This document shows, piece after piece, positions 38,123 through 51,393 of a stretch of DNA of 64,000 bases. The position numbers and the translations under genes are program-made. The notes beneath the pieces are model-generated. The model searched no databases and was not told where the DNA came from. It saw nothing but the letters and a program-made list of their open reading frames with translations. The DNA is from Chiloscyllium plagiosum. Lineage: Eukaryota. The DNA lies in contig NC_057720.1 of NCBI RefSeq assembly GCF_004010195.1, positions 30,041,829 through 30,105,828 on the forward strand, read 5' to 3'. Every line of letters begins with the position of its first letter. Within the stretch, counting starts at the first letter, position 1.

Positions 38123-38549
38123 TGATGTGTTTTCTTTCCTTGGCATAATGGATTGGCCTTGGGCATAGTGCTCAGGCCTATCCACCTAAATCTATTTCTG
38201 GGCACCAAAGATGTCTCGGCATTTGTCCTCCAGTATCCCCAGTTTCATATCCTAATTACTAATGATCAAGCACCACATGCCTAACACCATCTTCGCATAA
38301 CAGTGACTGATCTGACTTAACTGTCACCTTTGTTCCTCAGTGAAACCAAGTGGCTTATCATAATCATGACACTCACATTCTGTGCAACAATATTCTTTAG
38401 GGAAGGGAATCTGCCAACATTACTTGGCCTAACCGACGTATAACTCTAGTTGACTTGAACGGTCCCCTGAAAAGCCCTTCAAACCAATCAGTTGTATCAA
38501 AAGTCAATTGCAAAGCTAACACCAGATGGATCACCAGCTACTACAGACA

Positions 38550-38701
38550 CGAGTCAAGAGTGTGTTGCTGGAAAAGCACAGCAGATCAGGCAGCATCTGA
38601 GGAGCAGGAAAATCGACATTTTGGGATGGAACCCTTCATCAGGCCTCCAACACACTCTCGACTCTGATTTCCAGCATCTGCAGACCTCACTTTCTCCTAG
38701 A
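38550..38701 (-). mobile_element. Short hammerhead-core insertion with an 11-bp TSD
   Basis: TSD TACTACAGACA at 38539-38549 and 38702-38712. Decayed core at 38642-38615. Confidence 0.8.
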
Positions 38702-38984
38702 TACTACAGACAGCAGATGCAAACACAGTTCTGTAAATCCCACAAAATTCTTCCAATTAACATTCAGATCCTTGTGCAAAAATTGGAAGTTCTGTCTCAT
38801 AGACTAGCCAGGTAACAATCTGATATAATCATATTTGCAGAATCATGTCCCAGCCACCACCATTGCTACCCTGGGTATATCCTGTCGAACTACCTTGGAG
38901 TCTGGGTAAGGACTTTAGTGCCCAACATCGAGTGGCTCAGAAGCTCCACTACTGATCACGTTGACTGACTCCTAAACAACAAGT

Positions 38985-39855
38985 TTGATAGTCTGAATCT
39001 ACTGCAGGTGAATGCATTCACCTAGATATATGAGGGAATGGGTCTAAGGTTAAATATCAGGACAACAAAAACCTTCTACCAGCCTGCACCTGCCACTCAA
39101 TACTGTCCTCCAACAATAAGATTCACTGTATGCTACTGAACAATATATGCTAATTCTCATCCCTAGGGGGCTTTTCTTCAGTGAGGGAAGATATCAATGA
39201 TGAAATTCAATATTGTCTCCAGCTTTGGCTGGCTGGGCGAGGAACAGAGTGTTTGATGACTAAGACTTCAATTTCAATACCAAGCTCATGTTCTGAAGGA
39301 GTGCTATCTGCCATTCTGTATGTGTCAGAGACATGGACAACTACAGTAGACAGCTCAAAGCTCTTGCAAAAAATCACCTCCATAAAATCCTCTGGCACGG
39401 TCATTGGTCCATTATCAGTATCCTCCCACAGGCCAAGATCCCCAGCATTAAAGTACTCGTTATGTCCAATCAGCGACCTTGGCTCGAACACGTCATCCAA
39501 ATGTCTGACGCAAGACTTCCAAAGTAAGATCTTTATTCTAAGCTTTAGCAGAACCAATCGTTACCTTCATGGAAAAATGCAACATCCCCACCAACTCATG
39601 GGAATCTCTTGCCTTAGACTTCTCAAACTGGAGAGACCTTCCAGCTTTGGTACCTTCTACAGACCAAGGTGGAGACCAAGTGCAAAGATGGCAGAAACAA
39701 GCAAAGACCTGTACATTTTTTCCATCCATCTCTTCGAACTCCACCTCTCCACTTGCCACAGAGTTTGCAGATCTAGCATTGGACTGTTTAGTGATCTCAG
39801 GACTCAAATCTCTGGAGTGAAAGAAAGTCATTCCGATCTTGAGGGAATGCTAAGA
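38985..39855 (+). mobile_element. RTE-clade LINE 3' fragment (degenerate)
   Basis: Frame-shifted RTE peptides DEIQY.LQ, VLSAILYVSETWTT, QAKIPSI...HVIQMSDARLPK and the C-terminal TCHRVCRSSIGLFS.LRT. Confidence 0.8.
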
Positions 39856-41319
39856 AAAGAGGACCTCTAACAAAAAGAATCCTAACCATCTCCCCTTGAT
39901 ATTCAACAGTATTACCATCACTATCAACATCATGAGAGTCACCATTGATCAGAAACTGAATTGAAAAGTCCATATAAATATACCATGGTTACAAGAACAG
40001 GTCAGCGATGAGGAGCTTTCCACTTCTCTGGATGAGTGCAGATCCAACAACAATCAAGAAATTCAACACAGTCAAGGATATTGCAGCCTTGTTGATTAGG
40101 ACCTTATCCGCCATCTTCAACATTCACTGTTTGTAATACAAATGCACTGTAGCAGCATTGTGCCATCTATCACTGCAGCAATCCATCCAGGATCCTTCAA
40201 CAAACCTTCCAAACCTGTAGCTTCTACAACCTAGATGGACAAGGATAGCAGACGCTTGGGAACACCACTACCTGCAGGTTCCCTCCAAGCCACACACCAT
40301 CTTTACTGAAACCATATCACTGCTTCTTCATTGTCACTCAAATTCCCAGATCTTCTTTCCTTACATCACTGGACATACCTTCACACCAGGACTGCACCAG
40401 TTCAAGAAGAAAGCTCACCACCACTTCCTCAACAGAAATCAGGTTGGGGATTAAATGTTTGTTCAGCCAGTGAGGCTATCCCATAAAATAATCAAGAAAA
40501 GTTTTTATAAGGGGCCACCTTTAAAATTAGTTGGTTGTCCTTTTAGCACAGAGATGAGAGGAATTATTTTCTCTGAAAGTTGTGCATTTTTGGAACGCCC
40601 TCAGAGAAGATGGAGGTGGGGTTATTTAATACTTTTAGATATGACAATAGATTCATATATGGCAAAGGAAGCAAAGGTTATTGGGAGTGGATGGGAACTG
40701 GAATTCAGAATACAAACAGATCAGCTGTGATCTTATTGAATGGCAAAGCATGCTTGATGGGCCAAATGGCCTACTTATGCTCCTAATTCATACTTTTGAA
40801 TATAAAACAATCTTCTATCAAGACACCACTGTATCAGATCCTTGATATATCCCAAAGGACTCTATAACAACTGGATTACTAAATGATCATATGGCATAAA
40901 TGTAAAATATTGACATTTTAATTGTTTAAACTGGAATGCATTTTACTTCATCGATCTTAAAACATACTTTTCTGATTTCTATTTGTCTATCATATCAGCT
41001 GGAGCTGCGATGAATGAATTATGTACTCAGCGATTGTACTATGTAAATACAAAATGTTAATTAGTGCCAGCTCAGCAGATGGTTATCAGTTCAGGTATTG
41101 CTCCAGAGAACAGAGTGCACCATTTAGGTTGATGCTGTTGTGCAGTACCAAGAGTGCTTGGCAGTGCTATACCATAAACAATATCACCTTTCAAATTGGA
41201 AGCTTTGAACTGAGATCCTGTCTGCCCCAACTGGCAGACAGAAAAGGTCTTTAAGCAAGAGTGGAGCCACGTGATTGTATGGCCCAGTGGGTAGCACCCT
41301 TACCTCAGAGGCCTTTGTA

Positions 41320-42245
41320 TAGGAGTTGGTTTGTCATGTTGAGATTATACAGGACGTTGATGTAGCCACTTTTGAAGTAAGGTGTACAGTTCTGGTCACC
41401 GTGCCATAGGAAGGATTTCATTAAATTGGAGAGGGTTCAGAAAAGATTTAACAGGATGTTGCCAGGACTGGAGGGTTTGAATTGTAAGGATAGGCTGGAT
41501 AGGGTGAGACTTTTTTTCACTGTAGGCTAGGAAGGTGAGAGCTGACCTAAAAGATGTTACTAAAATCATGAGGGGTACAGATAAGGTGAATAACAAGGAT
41601 CTTTTCCCTTGGGTGGGGGAGTTCAAAACTGGGAGGCATGTTTTTAAGATGAGAAGAGAAAGATTTAAAAAGACTTCAGTGGCAACATTTTCACACAAAG
41701 TGTGGTTTGTATCGATCCAACTCATCCATACCGACCAGATTTCCTAAATTAATCCAGTTCCATTTGCCAACATTTGGCCCATATCCCTCGAAACCCTTCC
41801 TATCGATTTACCCAACCCCGTGCCTTTTAAATATTGTAATTGAACCAAACTGTACCACTTCTTCTGACAGTTCATTCCTCTGCCCTCTGTGTGAAAAAAG
41901 TTGCCCTTTAGTTTCCTTTGAAATCTTTCCTCCCTCACCTTAAACTTATGTCCTCTAGCTTTGGACTCCCTACCCTTGGGAAAAGCCCTTGACTGTTTGC
42001 CCTATCCATACCCCTCATGATTTTTTAAACTTCTATAAGGTCACATTTCAACTTACGATGCTCCAGGGAAAGGAAACAATAGCTGCAGGTACAGTTAAAG
42101 CAGTAGATATTTGCGTAGGTACATGAAAGGAAAGATTAAGAGAGATATGGGCCAAATGCAAGCAAGTGCGACTAGGGAAACTTACTCGACATGGACAAGT
42201 TCAGACCAAAGGGTCTGTTTCCATGCTGTTTAACTCTATGACTCT
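41320..42245. mobile_element. CR1 3' fragment (+) with an inverted CR1 3' fragment (-, ~41705-42070) nested inside
   Basis: QFWSP...LERVQKR on +, the reverse-complement CR1 3' end in the middle, then + resumes to the ctctatgactcta tail. Confidence 0.8.
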
Positions 42246-43080
42246 AAGTGGAGGAGCAAGCTGGAGGAGCTGAATTGCCTACTCCTGCTCTTAGTTCTTA
42301 TGTTCTAAGTCCCATTCCAAGACCTGATGGCCAAAGACTGTGTGCTCATAATGTAACAAAACAGATTCAGAATCAATCGTAATCCATCCAACATATGCAA
42401 GTAGCAGGCATTACTCCTTAATTAGCCGTGTGATAAAAAAAATTGGAGCCTCTACCTTCCCTATGCATTGCTGCAGGGTAAAATGCATATATAAAAGTGT
42501 ATGTAGTCAATACAATTCAGACTCCTTGGGGTCTGAATGGTTATCTGTGTGAAGTGCTAGTGTAGATCAGATTGGTGTCAATATCATGAGATTCTGGGCC
42601 TGCCACCTAGATCTACCCAGGGTGGAGGCTGTGGTACTGTGGTAAGACCTGGCTTCAATTATAAACGTTAAGAGGAAGAAGCTGTATGAGCAGAAGAATT
42701 GTGAGGTTTTCTTTTGTATCCTGCCAGTAGTTATCCCTTAATGAACACCTCATTGCAGAATGTGGGGCTTCCTGTTAAAATAGGCTGCTATGGTTCCTGT
42801 ACTACAACCTGAAATATGATATGTCAAAAAAATTATTTACTGACTGTATTTTGTGATAAATAGAAGTGTTGTATAAATGAGAATTCTTTGTTGAATACGT
42901 TTTAAGTTTGTCTCCCCTTCAGTAACATTAGAAAGTTTTATTTTAAAACCTACCTTTCACATTGGTATGAATGCAGTAACAAAATCCTTCTGTAACACTC
43001 CTGAATTATTTAATAGCCCTATCACTAACATTTTGAAGAAGCAACAGTACAATGATTAGCAATCACCTTGAAAATCTCTT

Positions 43081-43086
43081 TTTATT
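43081..43086 (-). terminator. Candidate polyadenylation signal of copy A
   Basis: AATAAA on the minus strand about 240 nt downstream of the stop codon. Confidence 0.5.
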
Positions 43087-43328
43087 CTGTTTATTTCTAC
43101 TCAGTTTTGGAGAATAATTTGTTTAAATGTTGAGTGCTTCATTATCATTTAGAAAACTGACAGCAAGGGATCAATGATGGGTGATAATTACCTCACCATC
43201 ATTTATGAAATAGTCATAAAAGCAGAACTGCTTTGTAACTAGAAATGTGATCATGAATTGAGTTCATTTCCACTGTAAGACTAATTTTTAAAAATTGTCC
43301 TTTGGTTTGATCTTTAAGTAACTGCACA

Positions 43329-43493
43329 TCATGCATCAATACTTTGGCGACTCAGATCCAGTGGCTCCAGGGTTCCTTTTCTCTTTCTGACCAGTCTTTC
43401 CACCTCCTTCATGAAACAAAGACAGAGCTCATCATGCCAGGGTAAGGCCACACACTGTACAGATAAAGGGAGACCAACACCGCCTGTCACACC
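43329..43493 (-). CDS. FAAH-like copy A, exon 15 (last coding exon)
   Basis: tttcag|GVTGGVGLPLSVQCVALPWHDELCLCFMKEVERLVRKRKGTLEPLDLSRQSIDA*. TGA at 43331-43329. Confidence 0.95.
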   Translation of the reverse strand, partial: GVTGGVGLPLSVQCVALPWHDELCLCFMKEVERLVRKRKGTLEPLDLSRQSIDA

Positions 43494-43769
43494 CTGAAAT
43501 ACAAGTAAACCAAGAGTATCAGTACTAGAATACTGAGGTAGGAGTTAAAATTCTCCACTCAAACATGCATTTAATTTAACACATGCCACTTCCATGACAT
43601 TTGTTACAGCAAAGTGAATTAGATATTACTAGAAGTCAATGTGCTTATCATCAAAATGTTGCATTTTTTACCTTCTATATGTGACTTAATAAGGTTTCGT
43701 ACATCTGATCATCAGACTTCAGATTAGGGGGAGGTCATTCATAGTTTTAATTTCCAACATTCGCCACAA

Positions 43770-45470
43770 CTGTGAGGGTCCCATTAGATTGGAAGACAGC
43801 AAATGTAACTCCTTTATTCAAGAAAAGAGGGAGACAGAAAGCAGGAGACTACAGGCCAGTATATATAATGTGGCAAATGTTAGAAACTATTTTTATATTT
43901 ATAAGGACATACAGTTAAGTTTGAGTTATTCAGGCAGAGTTAACATGGTTTTGTGAAAGGGATGGGTTATGCATGTTGTGGATAAAGATGAACTGCTAGA
44001 TGTATATACAGAACACAGATTTCCAGAATTGCTATATCCAAGGTTATTGTTAAAACTAAATGTTCATAGAGTAGGGAGAAGCTTATTGACATGAATAGAA
44101 GTTAGGCTGGCAAACAGGAAGCAGAGAGGAGGATAAGTATGTCTTTTGTCTGGTTGCCAAGATGGAATGACAGATGTACCACATGGATCACTGTTTACAA
44201 TTTGTCTAAATGACTTGGATGAAAGGTAGAAGATAAGTTTGCTGACTGCACAAAGATAAGCAGGAAAGTAAGTTGAGAGGAAGATTAGATTAGATTAGAT
44301 TACTTACAGTGTGGAAACAGGCCCTTCAGCCCAACAAGTCCACACCAACCCTCCAAAGAGCAACCCACTCAGACCCATTCCCCTACATTTATCCCTTCAC
44401 CTAACACTACGGGCAATTTAGCATGGCCAATTCACCTAACCTGCACATTTTTTGGACAGTGGGAGGAAACCAGAACACCCGGAGGAGTGTGACACGGGGA
44501 GAATGTGCAAACTCCACACAGACAGTTGCCTGAGGCAGGAATTGAAGCCGGATCTCTGATGCTGTGAGGCAGCAGTGCCAACCACTGTGCCACCATGCCG
44601 CCCACATGAGGACATGAGGACACTGCAAATAAAAAGATATCGATACAGTAATTAAATGGGCATAGAGCCTATAAATGAAGAACAACTTGGAAAATTGTGA
44701 ATAGTCAATTTTGACAGGAAGAATTTTTAAAAAGCATATTATCTAAACTGAGATGGATCTCAGAGCTCTAAGATGCAAGTGGATTTGTGTGTCCTGGTGG
44801 ATGAATCGCTAACAGCTAGTATGCAGGTACAGCAAGTAATTAGGAATGCTAATAGAATTTTTTCATTTATTATGAGGAAGATTGAATACAAAATTAGGGA
44901 GATTGTACTTGAGTTATACAGGAGCACCTCTGGTGAGACCACCTCTGAAGTACTCAGTATAGTATCGGTCATCTTATTTAAGGAAGGATGTAAATGCTCA
45001 GAGCATTTGGACGTAAATGCATTGGAAGCAATTCTGAGAAGGTTTACCTCACAAATAACTGGAATGAGCAGGCTGGACAGACTAGCTTTGCATCCCCTCT
45101 GGAGTTTTAAAGAGTAAGAGGAAATGTTGTTAAAACAGGAAAAGTGTTCCTGAGGGGTCTTAACAGAGTAGCTGTGGAAAGGATGTTTCCTCTTGTGGAA
45201 GTTTGGGTCACTGTTTAAAAAGGGATAGCTACTTTAAAACAGAGATGAACTGAATATTATTTGGAATTCTCTTCCTGAGCAGGAATTGGAAGCAGAGTCT
45301 TTGAATATTTTTAAGGCAGCGGTAGATTTTTCCTTGTTAAGCAAGAGGCTAAGAGGTTATTAGGGATAGGTGGGGATGTGTGTTTGAGGTTGTAAGCAGA
45401 TAAGATATGATAAGCAGGCTGAAGGGTTGAATGGCATATTCCTGCTGCTGGTTCATGTGTTCATATATAT
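43770..45470 (+). mobile_element. Degenerate CR1 ORF2 fragment with a nested V-SINE
   Basis: DWKTANVTPLFKK...YRPV and DLCVLVDESLTASMQVQQVIRNAN. Confidence 0.8.
44283..44605 (-). mobile_element. V-SINE (HE1-type)
   Basis: (GATTA)n tail, V-core and head. Confidence 0.9.
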
Positions 45471-45888
45471 GACTGGGCTTCAAACCTAGCCATGCCATAA
45501 CCACTTTGTTCCACTGTTGGGCAGACCTAGCCTTGGGTCTGTCTCCCACAAGTTCCTACTTTATCCTTCCACAAAGTCCTCATGATATCATCATGCTGTT
45601 GGTGCCCACAAATTTGATTAATACTAACACTTTCAGATCCTTTGAGACCCATGTACCACACCTTGTGGATCAATATCATTGTAAAATGCCAGATCATAAA
45701 AGTTCCTCCCCATTAAGCTTTCAGCAATGCAACTGCAGCCTTGGAATTTCTAGGCAACATGCTGAAATTCTGTGCATTAAAAAGATGGATCACTGTCTAT
45801 GAGTAACCCTGATATTACATGTCAAAAATACAGAAAGAACATAAATTGTACTATAAAGCAACATAACACTGCTCTACTTATTACTGAC

Positions 45889-46034
45889 CTTTTTGAAAAC
45901 TTTGTCCCAGAAATCATTTATATAGCCTTTATAAAGCTGCAGCTCTTCCTCATCCTCTTCTGTTACCTTGGTAACTGGCACAACCCCCGCAGGACAATTT
46001 AATAAACTGAAAATAATTGTGTAGCTAGATGCAG
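45889..46034 (-). CDS. FAAH-like copy A, exon 14
   Basis: caacag|(A)ASSYTIIFSLLNCPAGVVPVTKVTEEDEEELQLYKGYINDFWDKVFKK|gtcagt. 146 nt, PAGVVPVT motif. Confidence 0.95.
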
Positions 46035-46313
46035 CTGTTGGGGGAAATATTTTAAAATTAGTAGTTTTATATTTTTGTCTTTCTTATAACCTTTCTGTAT
46101 AATAGAGAATACGGTGTTCTATTAAATGACTTTGTATAATATCTGAAAGTTATGCTGCTGACTTGTAGTTTTCAAGAAAATTGGACAAGTATTACAGAGC
46201 ATGTTTCTAAACAAACGTAAGAGTTGATATGGTAAAAACATGAAGGGTAAAATAAAGTAAAATAAAAGACAAGAACAGTAAGAATGTAAGGGGTTAAAGC
46301 AGAATTGCTACAG

Positions 46314-46905
46314 TGTGGAAAATTATTGAGGCACTGCATTCTTTCATAATTAGTAATGTCCTAGCACAGGGAATGGAAGACACATAAAATTACATTTTCT
46401 CCTTTGATAATCTGACTGGTAATGAAGAAAAGAAGACTCTGAGACTGTGGTTTGTTGAGATCAAATGCAATGAGGTACACAGAGCTCCCAGAGATAACAT
46501 GGGAGGATTTGCATATTGTTTCGACTTATAACTCAGGGGCCCTATTGATATTCATAAACAAATCTTCAGTGAGCTCCAGAACACTGATTAGATAACTATC
46601 GGGACAAAGTGCTGAAGTCATGGCTTGTTCCTTCTGATCAATTAGGACATTTCATGCCATTTAGGATAGCTAATTAGACAGTTAATTACTGTGACATGTA
46701 CTAAAGTTAGTGATAGGTAAATTGTCCATCCAGAATGGATGTGTAACTGTATTTTATGTATAAAAGTCACTATTTTTCTACTTAAATCTTGGATCCAGGG
46801 TAGAGTCTGTTAATTAACATTGTCCATTTGGTCCTTCAAATATTATCCGACTTATTCTGCCATCATTAAATGTAAAGCTCTGTATGAGGGAATAGTCCAA
46901 CAACA
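46314..46905 (+). mobile_element. Possible solo LTR
   Basis: TGTGGA...CAACA ends, ACAG on both flanks, internal TATAAAA and ATTAAA. A 4-bp match could be chance. Confidence 0.35.
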
Positions 46906-47679
46906 ACAGTAATGTGTGTTCACATGGCACTATTAACTTAGTAAAATGTTTCAGTGTGCTTCTCAGCAGCTTTCATGCTAAATCATGTAAGGAGATATTA
47001 GGGTATGTGGCCAAAAGCTTGATAAAAGAGATCTGGTTTAAAAAGAGTCTTCAAGGATTAAATGGAGGTAAAGAGATTGTGAAGTTTTAGGAAACTATTC
47101 TAAAGCTTAGGGCCTCGGGAATGGTGAAGTGATTAAAATCAAGAATGAACAGAAGGCGAGAATTGGAAGAAAACACAAATTTCAGAGATCTGAAGTAGGT
47201 TACAGAATTAAGGAGAGGTAAAGCCAGAGAGAGGTTTGAAATAAAATGAGTTTTTTGAAAGCAAACCTTTGCTGGGAGTCAGTGCAGATCAGCATGCACG
47301 TGGGTTATGGGCGAAGAGAACATAGTTTGAGTTCAGATTTGGAAAGTGAAGTTTCAGATGAGAGGCCAGCCGGCAGGGTATTGGATTTTTCAAGTCTTGA
47401 GGTAACTAGGGCATGATGAGGGTTTCAGGAAGAGTTGAACTAAGGCAGTGACAGGGTCTGGCAATATTATAGCAGTGGAAATAGATGGAATTAGTGACCA
47501 TGCAACTACATTGTTGATCTCTGGATTAAATACTAAGGTACTGATCGGTCTGTACAAATGTCAAACAGTTGCCAAGAAGAAGGATGGAGTCACTGGATAA
47601 TAAATAAAATTTGTGGCAAAGATTGAAAAGAAATTGCTTTCATCTAGATAACATTTTGTTGGAGGAAACTTCTGTTATT

Positions 47680-47998
47680 GATTAGAACAGTATGGAAACA
47701 GGCCCTTCAGCCCAACTAGTCCACACCAACCTTCCAAAGGATAATCCACCCAGGTCCATGTCCCTACTCTACCCTATATTTACCTCTGACTGATGCACTG
47801 TGGGCAATTTAGCATGGCCAATTCACCTGGGCTGCACATCTTTGGATTATGGGAGGAAACCAGAGCACCCAGAGGAAACCTACGCAGGCACAGGGAGACT
47901 GTGCAAACTCCACACAGACAGTCACCTGAGGTGAGAATTGAACACAGGTCTTTGGCACTGTGAGGCAGCAGTGCTAACCATTGAACCACTTTCCCACC
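47680..47998 (-). mobile_element. V-SINE (HE1-type)
   Basis: Reverse complement of the family sequence. Confidence 0.85.
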
Positions 47999-48673
47999 CT
48001 AATACTGCATGTCAGATAAACAGTGTGAAAACTTAGAGAGTGTGTAAAGGTCATGAGAGTTGGTGCTAAGTTGGGTTGGATATTATCAGAATAGATATGA
48101 AAACTGCTGCTGCATTTCTGGATGGGAAAGCATGTGGTTGTGATTTAAGAGCAGACAAAACAGTGATCATCAGTGATTTTCAAGCTTTTCTTTCTCTTTG
48201 GGAAGATTTTACAAATATTGACAGACTCCTAAAGATGATATTAGTACATTCCTGAGGACTATCTGTCCTAACTGGCTTTAAAAGTTTGCCAGATACCCAA
48301 AACAAACCATTTGCATGAAACATCTAACAATTGATTTGAAAGTATTAGTCAGTCTGCAAATGCAAATGAGGAAGATAAAAGTGTTCTATAGAGTATTCAA
48401 GACACTGGGCTTGTGAAGAGTTGCCTGGACAGTGACAGAAATTACTATGGACTCTTGGAAAACATTCAGTTCCATAGGATCCTAACTCAGCTCCTCGGCC
48501 GTGACGTAAACACATGATATTCTATTTGTGAATTCTTTACACCTTAATGAAAAGCATAACTTGTCTTTCTTTGGTGGCCTGTTATTTTCCATCAGTTCAT
48601 GCAGTTGAGGTGGCAAACAAAACGCCAACTCAGAATTGTGCTGACATCTTAAATTCCCCGATGACATATTTAT

Positions 48674-49025
48674 GGGGCTGTGGTGGCACAGTGATAATGT
48701 CATGCTAACTAGTATTCCAGAGGTTCCGGAGGATAAGGTTTCATAGTTATAATATTCAGGAATGAATAAGGCTAGTCTCAGTAATGGTGTCCATGGCAAA
48801 TACAATTAATTGTTATAAAAACCCATTTGGCTCTCTGTTCTTGATGGAAAGGAAATCTGCTGGCCTTACCTGGTCTGGTCTATATGTGACTCCAGACCCC
48901 CAGCAATGTGGTTGGACTATTAATTGGCCTCTGAAATAATAAATCAATTGATTCAAGGGCAATTAGCTTCAGGGAAAAAATATTGGCCTTGCCTGTAATG
49001 CCACATTCAATGAAAGAATAAACAA
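48674..49025 (+). mobile_element. tRNA-derived Deu-type SINE (SacSINE1-like)
   Basis: tRNA-like head, central aaaaacccat...ggaaatctgc...tggtctgg...gtgactccagaccc block and a tail shared with the older LINE family. Family name is from recall. Confidence 0.65.
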
Positions 49026-49148
49026 AAATACGACTGTCTATTGCTTAATTGTGTGCTTAATCTGATTTAACTCTGAGTTAATTCAATGGTACATCTGGTA
49101 CAAACATGGATTTGATTATGAAGTAGAAAATCCCAAATTGTTCCCTAC

Positions 49149-49257
49149 CTGACAGTTTTCCACCACACCCAAGTTTAAAAGCAGGACCTATTGATGGACA
49201 GAGTAGGACTTCAATGTTGTTCTTTCTCCATGCATTCAAATACTCATCACGGTAGGC
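49149..49257 (-). CDS. FAAH-like copy A, exon 13
   Basis: gtgtag|AYRDEYLNAWRKNNIEVLLCPSIGPAFKLGCGGKLS(A)|gtaggg. 109 nt. Confidence 0.93.
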
Positions 49258-51169
49258 CTACACAAAATACAAGAATGCGACCTCAATAAAGGTGCCAGTT
49301 AATTCTGAAATTAACTTCTCAAGACATTGGAGGTAACTGTTTGAGAACTGAGCTGCCTGAGTATGAAATCTTGAACTAGGGACATAGCTACAGAGTATGG
49401 GGACACTCATTTAAAGAGGCTGATTCCTTATGCTGTAAGGTCAGTGTCAATTCTGTACGTTAAAAACTAGAAGTCACTTAACATTAAGTATTATTTAGCA
49501 AGGTTGCTATCTTGAGAACAAGGAAGTTTCACTTCCCTCAGAAATAATCTGAGAGATAGAAATATGTTTATTGTTGGCTGATTGAGTCATTGTTACACAC
49601 AAGGACCCAGACACCATCATCACATCCCTGGGTATATCCTGCTCCACCAAAAAGACAAAGCCAACAGAAGAGGGGTCCGGCACAATGACGCAATTAAGAA
49701 AGAGTTCTCAACATTGACTCTAGAGTCACGCAAGTTTCATATCATCAGGTCAAATATGGGCAAGGAAACATGCTGCTGATAACCATTATCACTGCCCCTA
49801 TTGACTGATGAATACATACCTCTCCATGTTCAGGTAGGCACTCAGATGACAAGGGAACAGAATGTTCTCTGCATGGGGATCTCCATGTCCATTGCCAAGA
49901 GTCACTCAAAACTTCTGACTGACCTGACTAAGTCTTAAAGGACATTGCTGCTAGACTGGGTCTGTCACAACATTGTTGTGAAGAAATCAACAATATTTCA
50001 AACAGATCTAGCAACTCAATCCATGAACAAAGGGCCATTGGCAACTACAATCTGCAATCTCATGCTCAACATATCCCCATTCTACCATTACCATCAAGCC
50101 AGGAGATCAACCCTAGTTCAATAAAGAGTGTAGAAAAGAGAGCTAGAGCAGCACCAAAGATATCAAAACAGATGTTTTCCAAGTTAAGTACAACACAGGA
50201 AAACTGAAGCAATCCATGTCCATATGTAGCAAGATTTGGATAATATGCAGGCACAGACTGACAAGTGGCAAGTAACACTCATGTCACAAAAGTGCCAGAC
50301 AATGACCATCTCCAACAAGAAAAACCTAATCATCGCCGCTTGACATTCAGTGACATTACCATTGTTGAATCCTCTGCTATCAACATCCTGGGGGTTTACA
50401 CTTGACCAGAACTTGACTGGCTATATCAATATTCTGGCTAAAAAGTAGATCAGAGATGAGGAATTATTTTGCAGTGAGTAACCTCCTGACTCCTCAGAGA
50501 TGCCAACCACACAAAAGCCACAAGTAAGGATTGTGATGAAATGGTTTCCACTTGCTTAGATGAAATGCAGCACTCAAGAAATTCACCAATATCCCAAGAC
50601 AATGTAGACCACTTCACTGGCAGCTCATGTGATATCTATAATATTCAACTCCTCCACCATGAATGTACAATGGCAGTAGAGTGTACCATCTGCAAGCTGC
50701 ACTGCAACAACTCGCCAAAGTTCCTTAGACAGCACCTATGAAACTCATAACCTCTAATATCTAAAACGTCAAGGGCAGCAGATACATCGGAACACCAACA
50801 CAGGCATGTTCCTATTCAAGCCAAACACCATCCTAACTTGGAGCTACATACTATTCCTTCATTGTAACTGAGTCGACGATCCCGAAATGGCCTTCGTAGT
50901 AACTCTGTGTGTATCCCTACACCACATGGACCGCAATAATTCAAGAATGCAGCTCACCATCACTTTATCAAGAACAATTAGGAATGGGCAATAAGTGGTG
51001 ACCGCACCAGCAACACACACATCCCACATCCCACAAATGAATTTTAATGCAAGTTTTATTTTAATGCAAGTTGCTTAAAGTAAATTTTAAAAATTAATAT
51101 TGTTATTGAAAAATCATGTCGTTGCTTGCTTAAGAAACAAATATGTCTCACAGCAATATCTTATCTTAC

Positions 51170-51209
51170 CATTGCAGCATAGTGGAGCTTCCATAGGTCC
51201 TTAACCGAT
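51170..51209 (-). CDS. FAAH-like copy A, exon 12
   Basis: ttcacag|(R)SVKDLWKLHYAAM|gtaag. 40 nt. Confidence 0.88.
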
Positions 51210-51318
51210 CTGTGAAAATATACAAATAAGAAGACTAAAGGTGAGATAGAAACATTTTCTTCTGAATCAAAATACAATGTGCTGATTTTAAGCCTCCTCC
51301 TATGGCAGTTCTTTTGGA

Positions 51319-51393
51319 AAAGCACAGCAGGTCAGGCAGCATCCAAGGAGCAGGAAAATCGACATTTCGGGCGTAAGCCCCTCATCAGGAATG
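51319..51393 (-). mobile_element. Short hammerhead-core insertion with a 12-bp TSD
   Basis: TSD AGTTCTTTTGGA at 51307-51318 and 51394-51405. Core CTGATGA-G-GGGC-TTAC-GCCC-GAAAT-GTC at 51388-51361. Confidence 0.85.

Noticed and set aside
39181..39870. 229-aa ORF as a novel gene
   Set aside because: It threads through a frame-shifted RTE LINE remnant. RTE motifs are split among frames.
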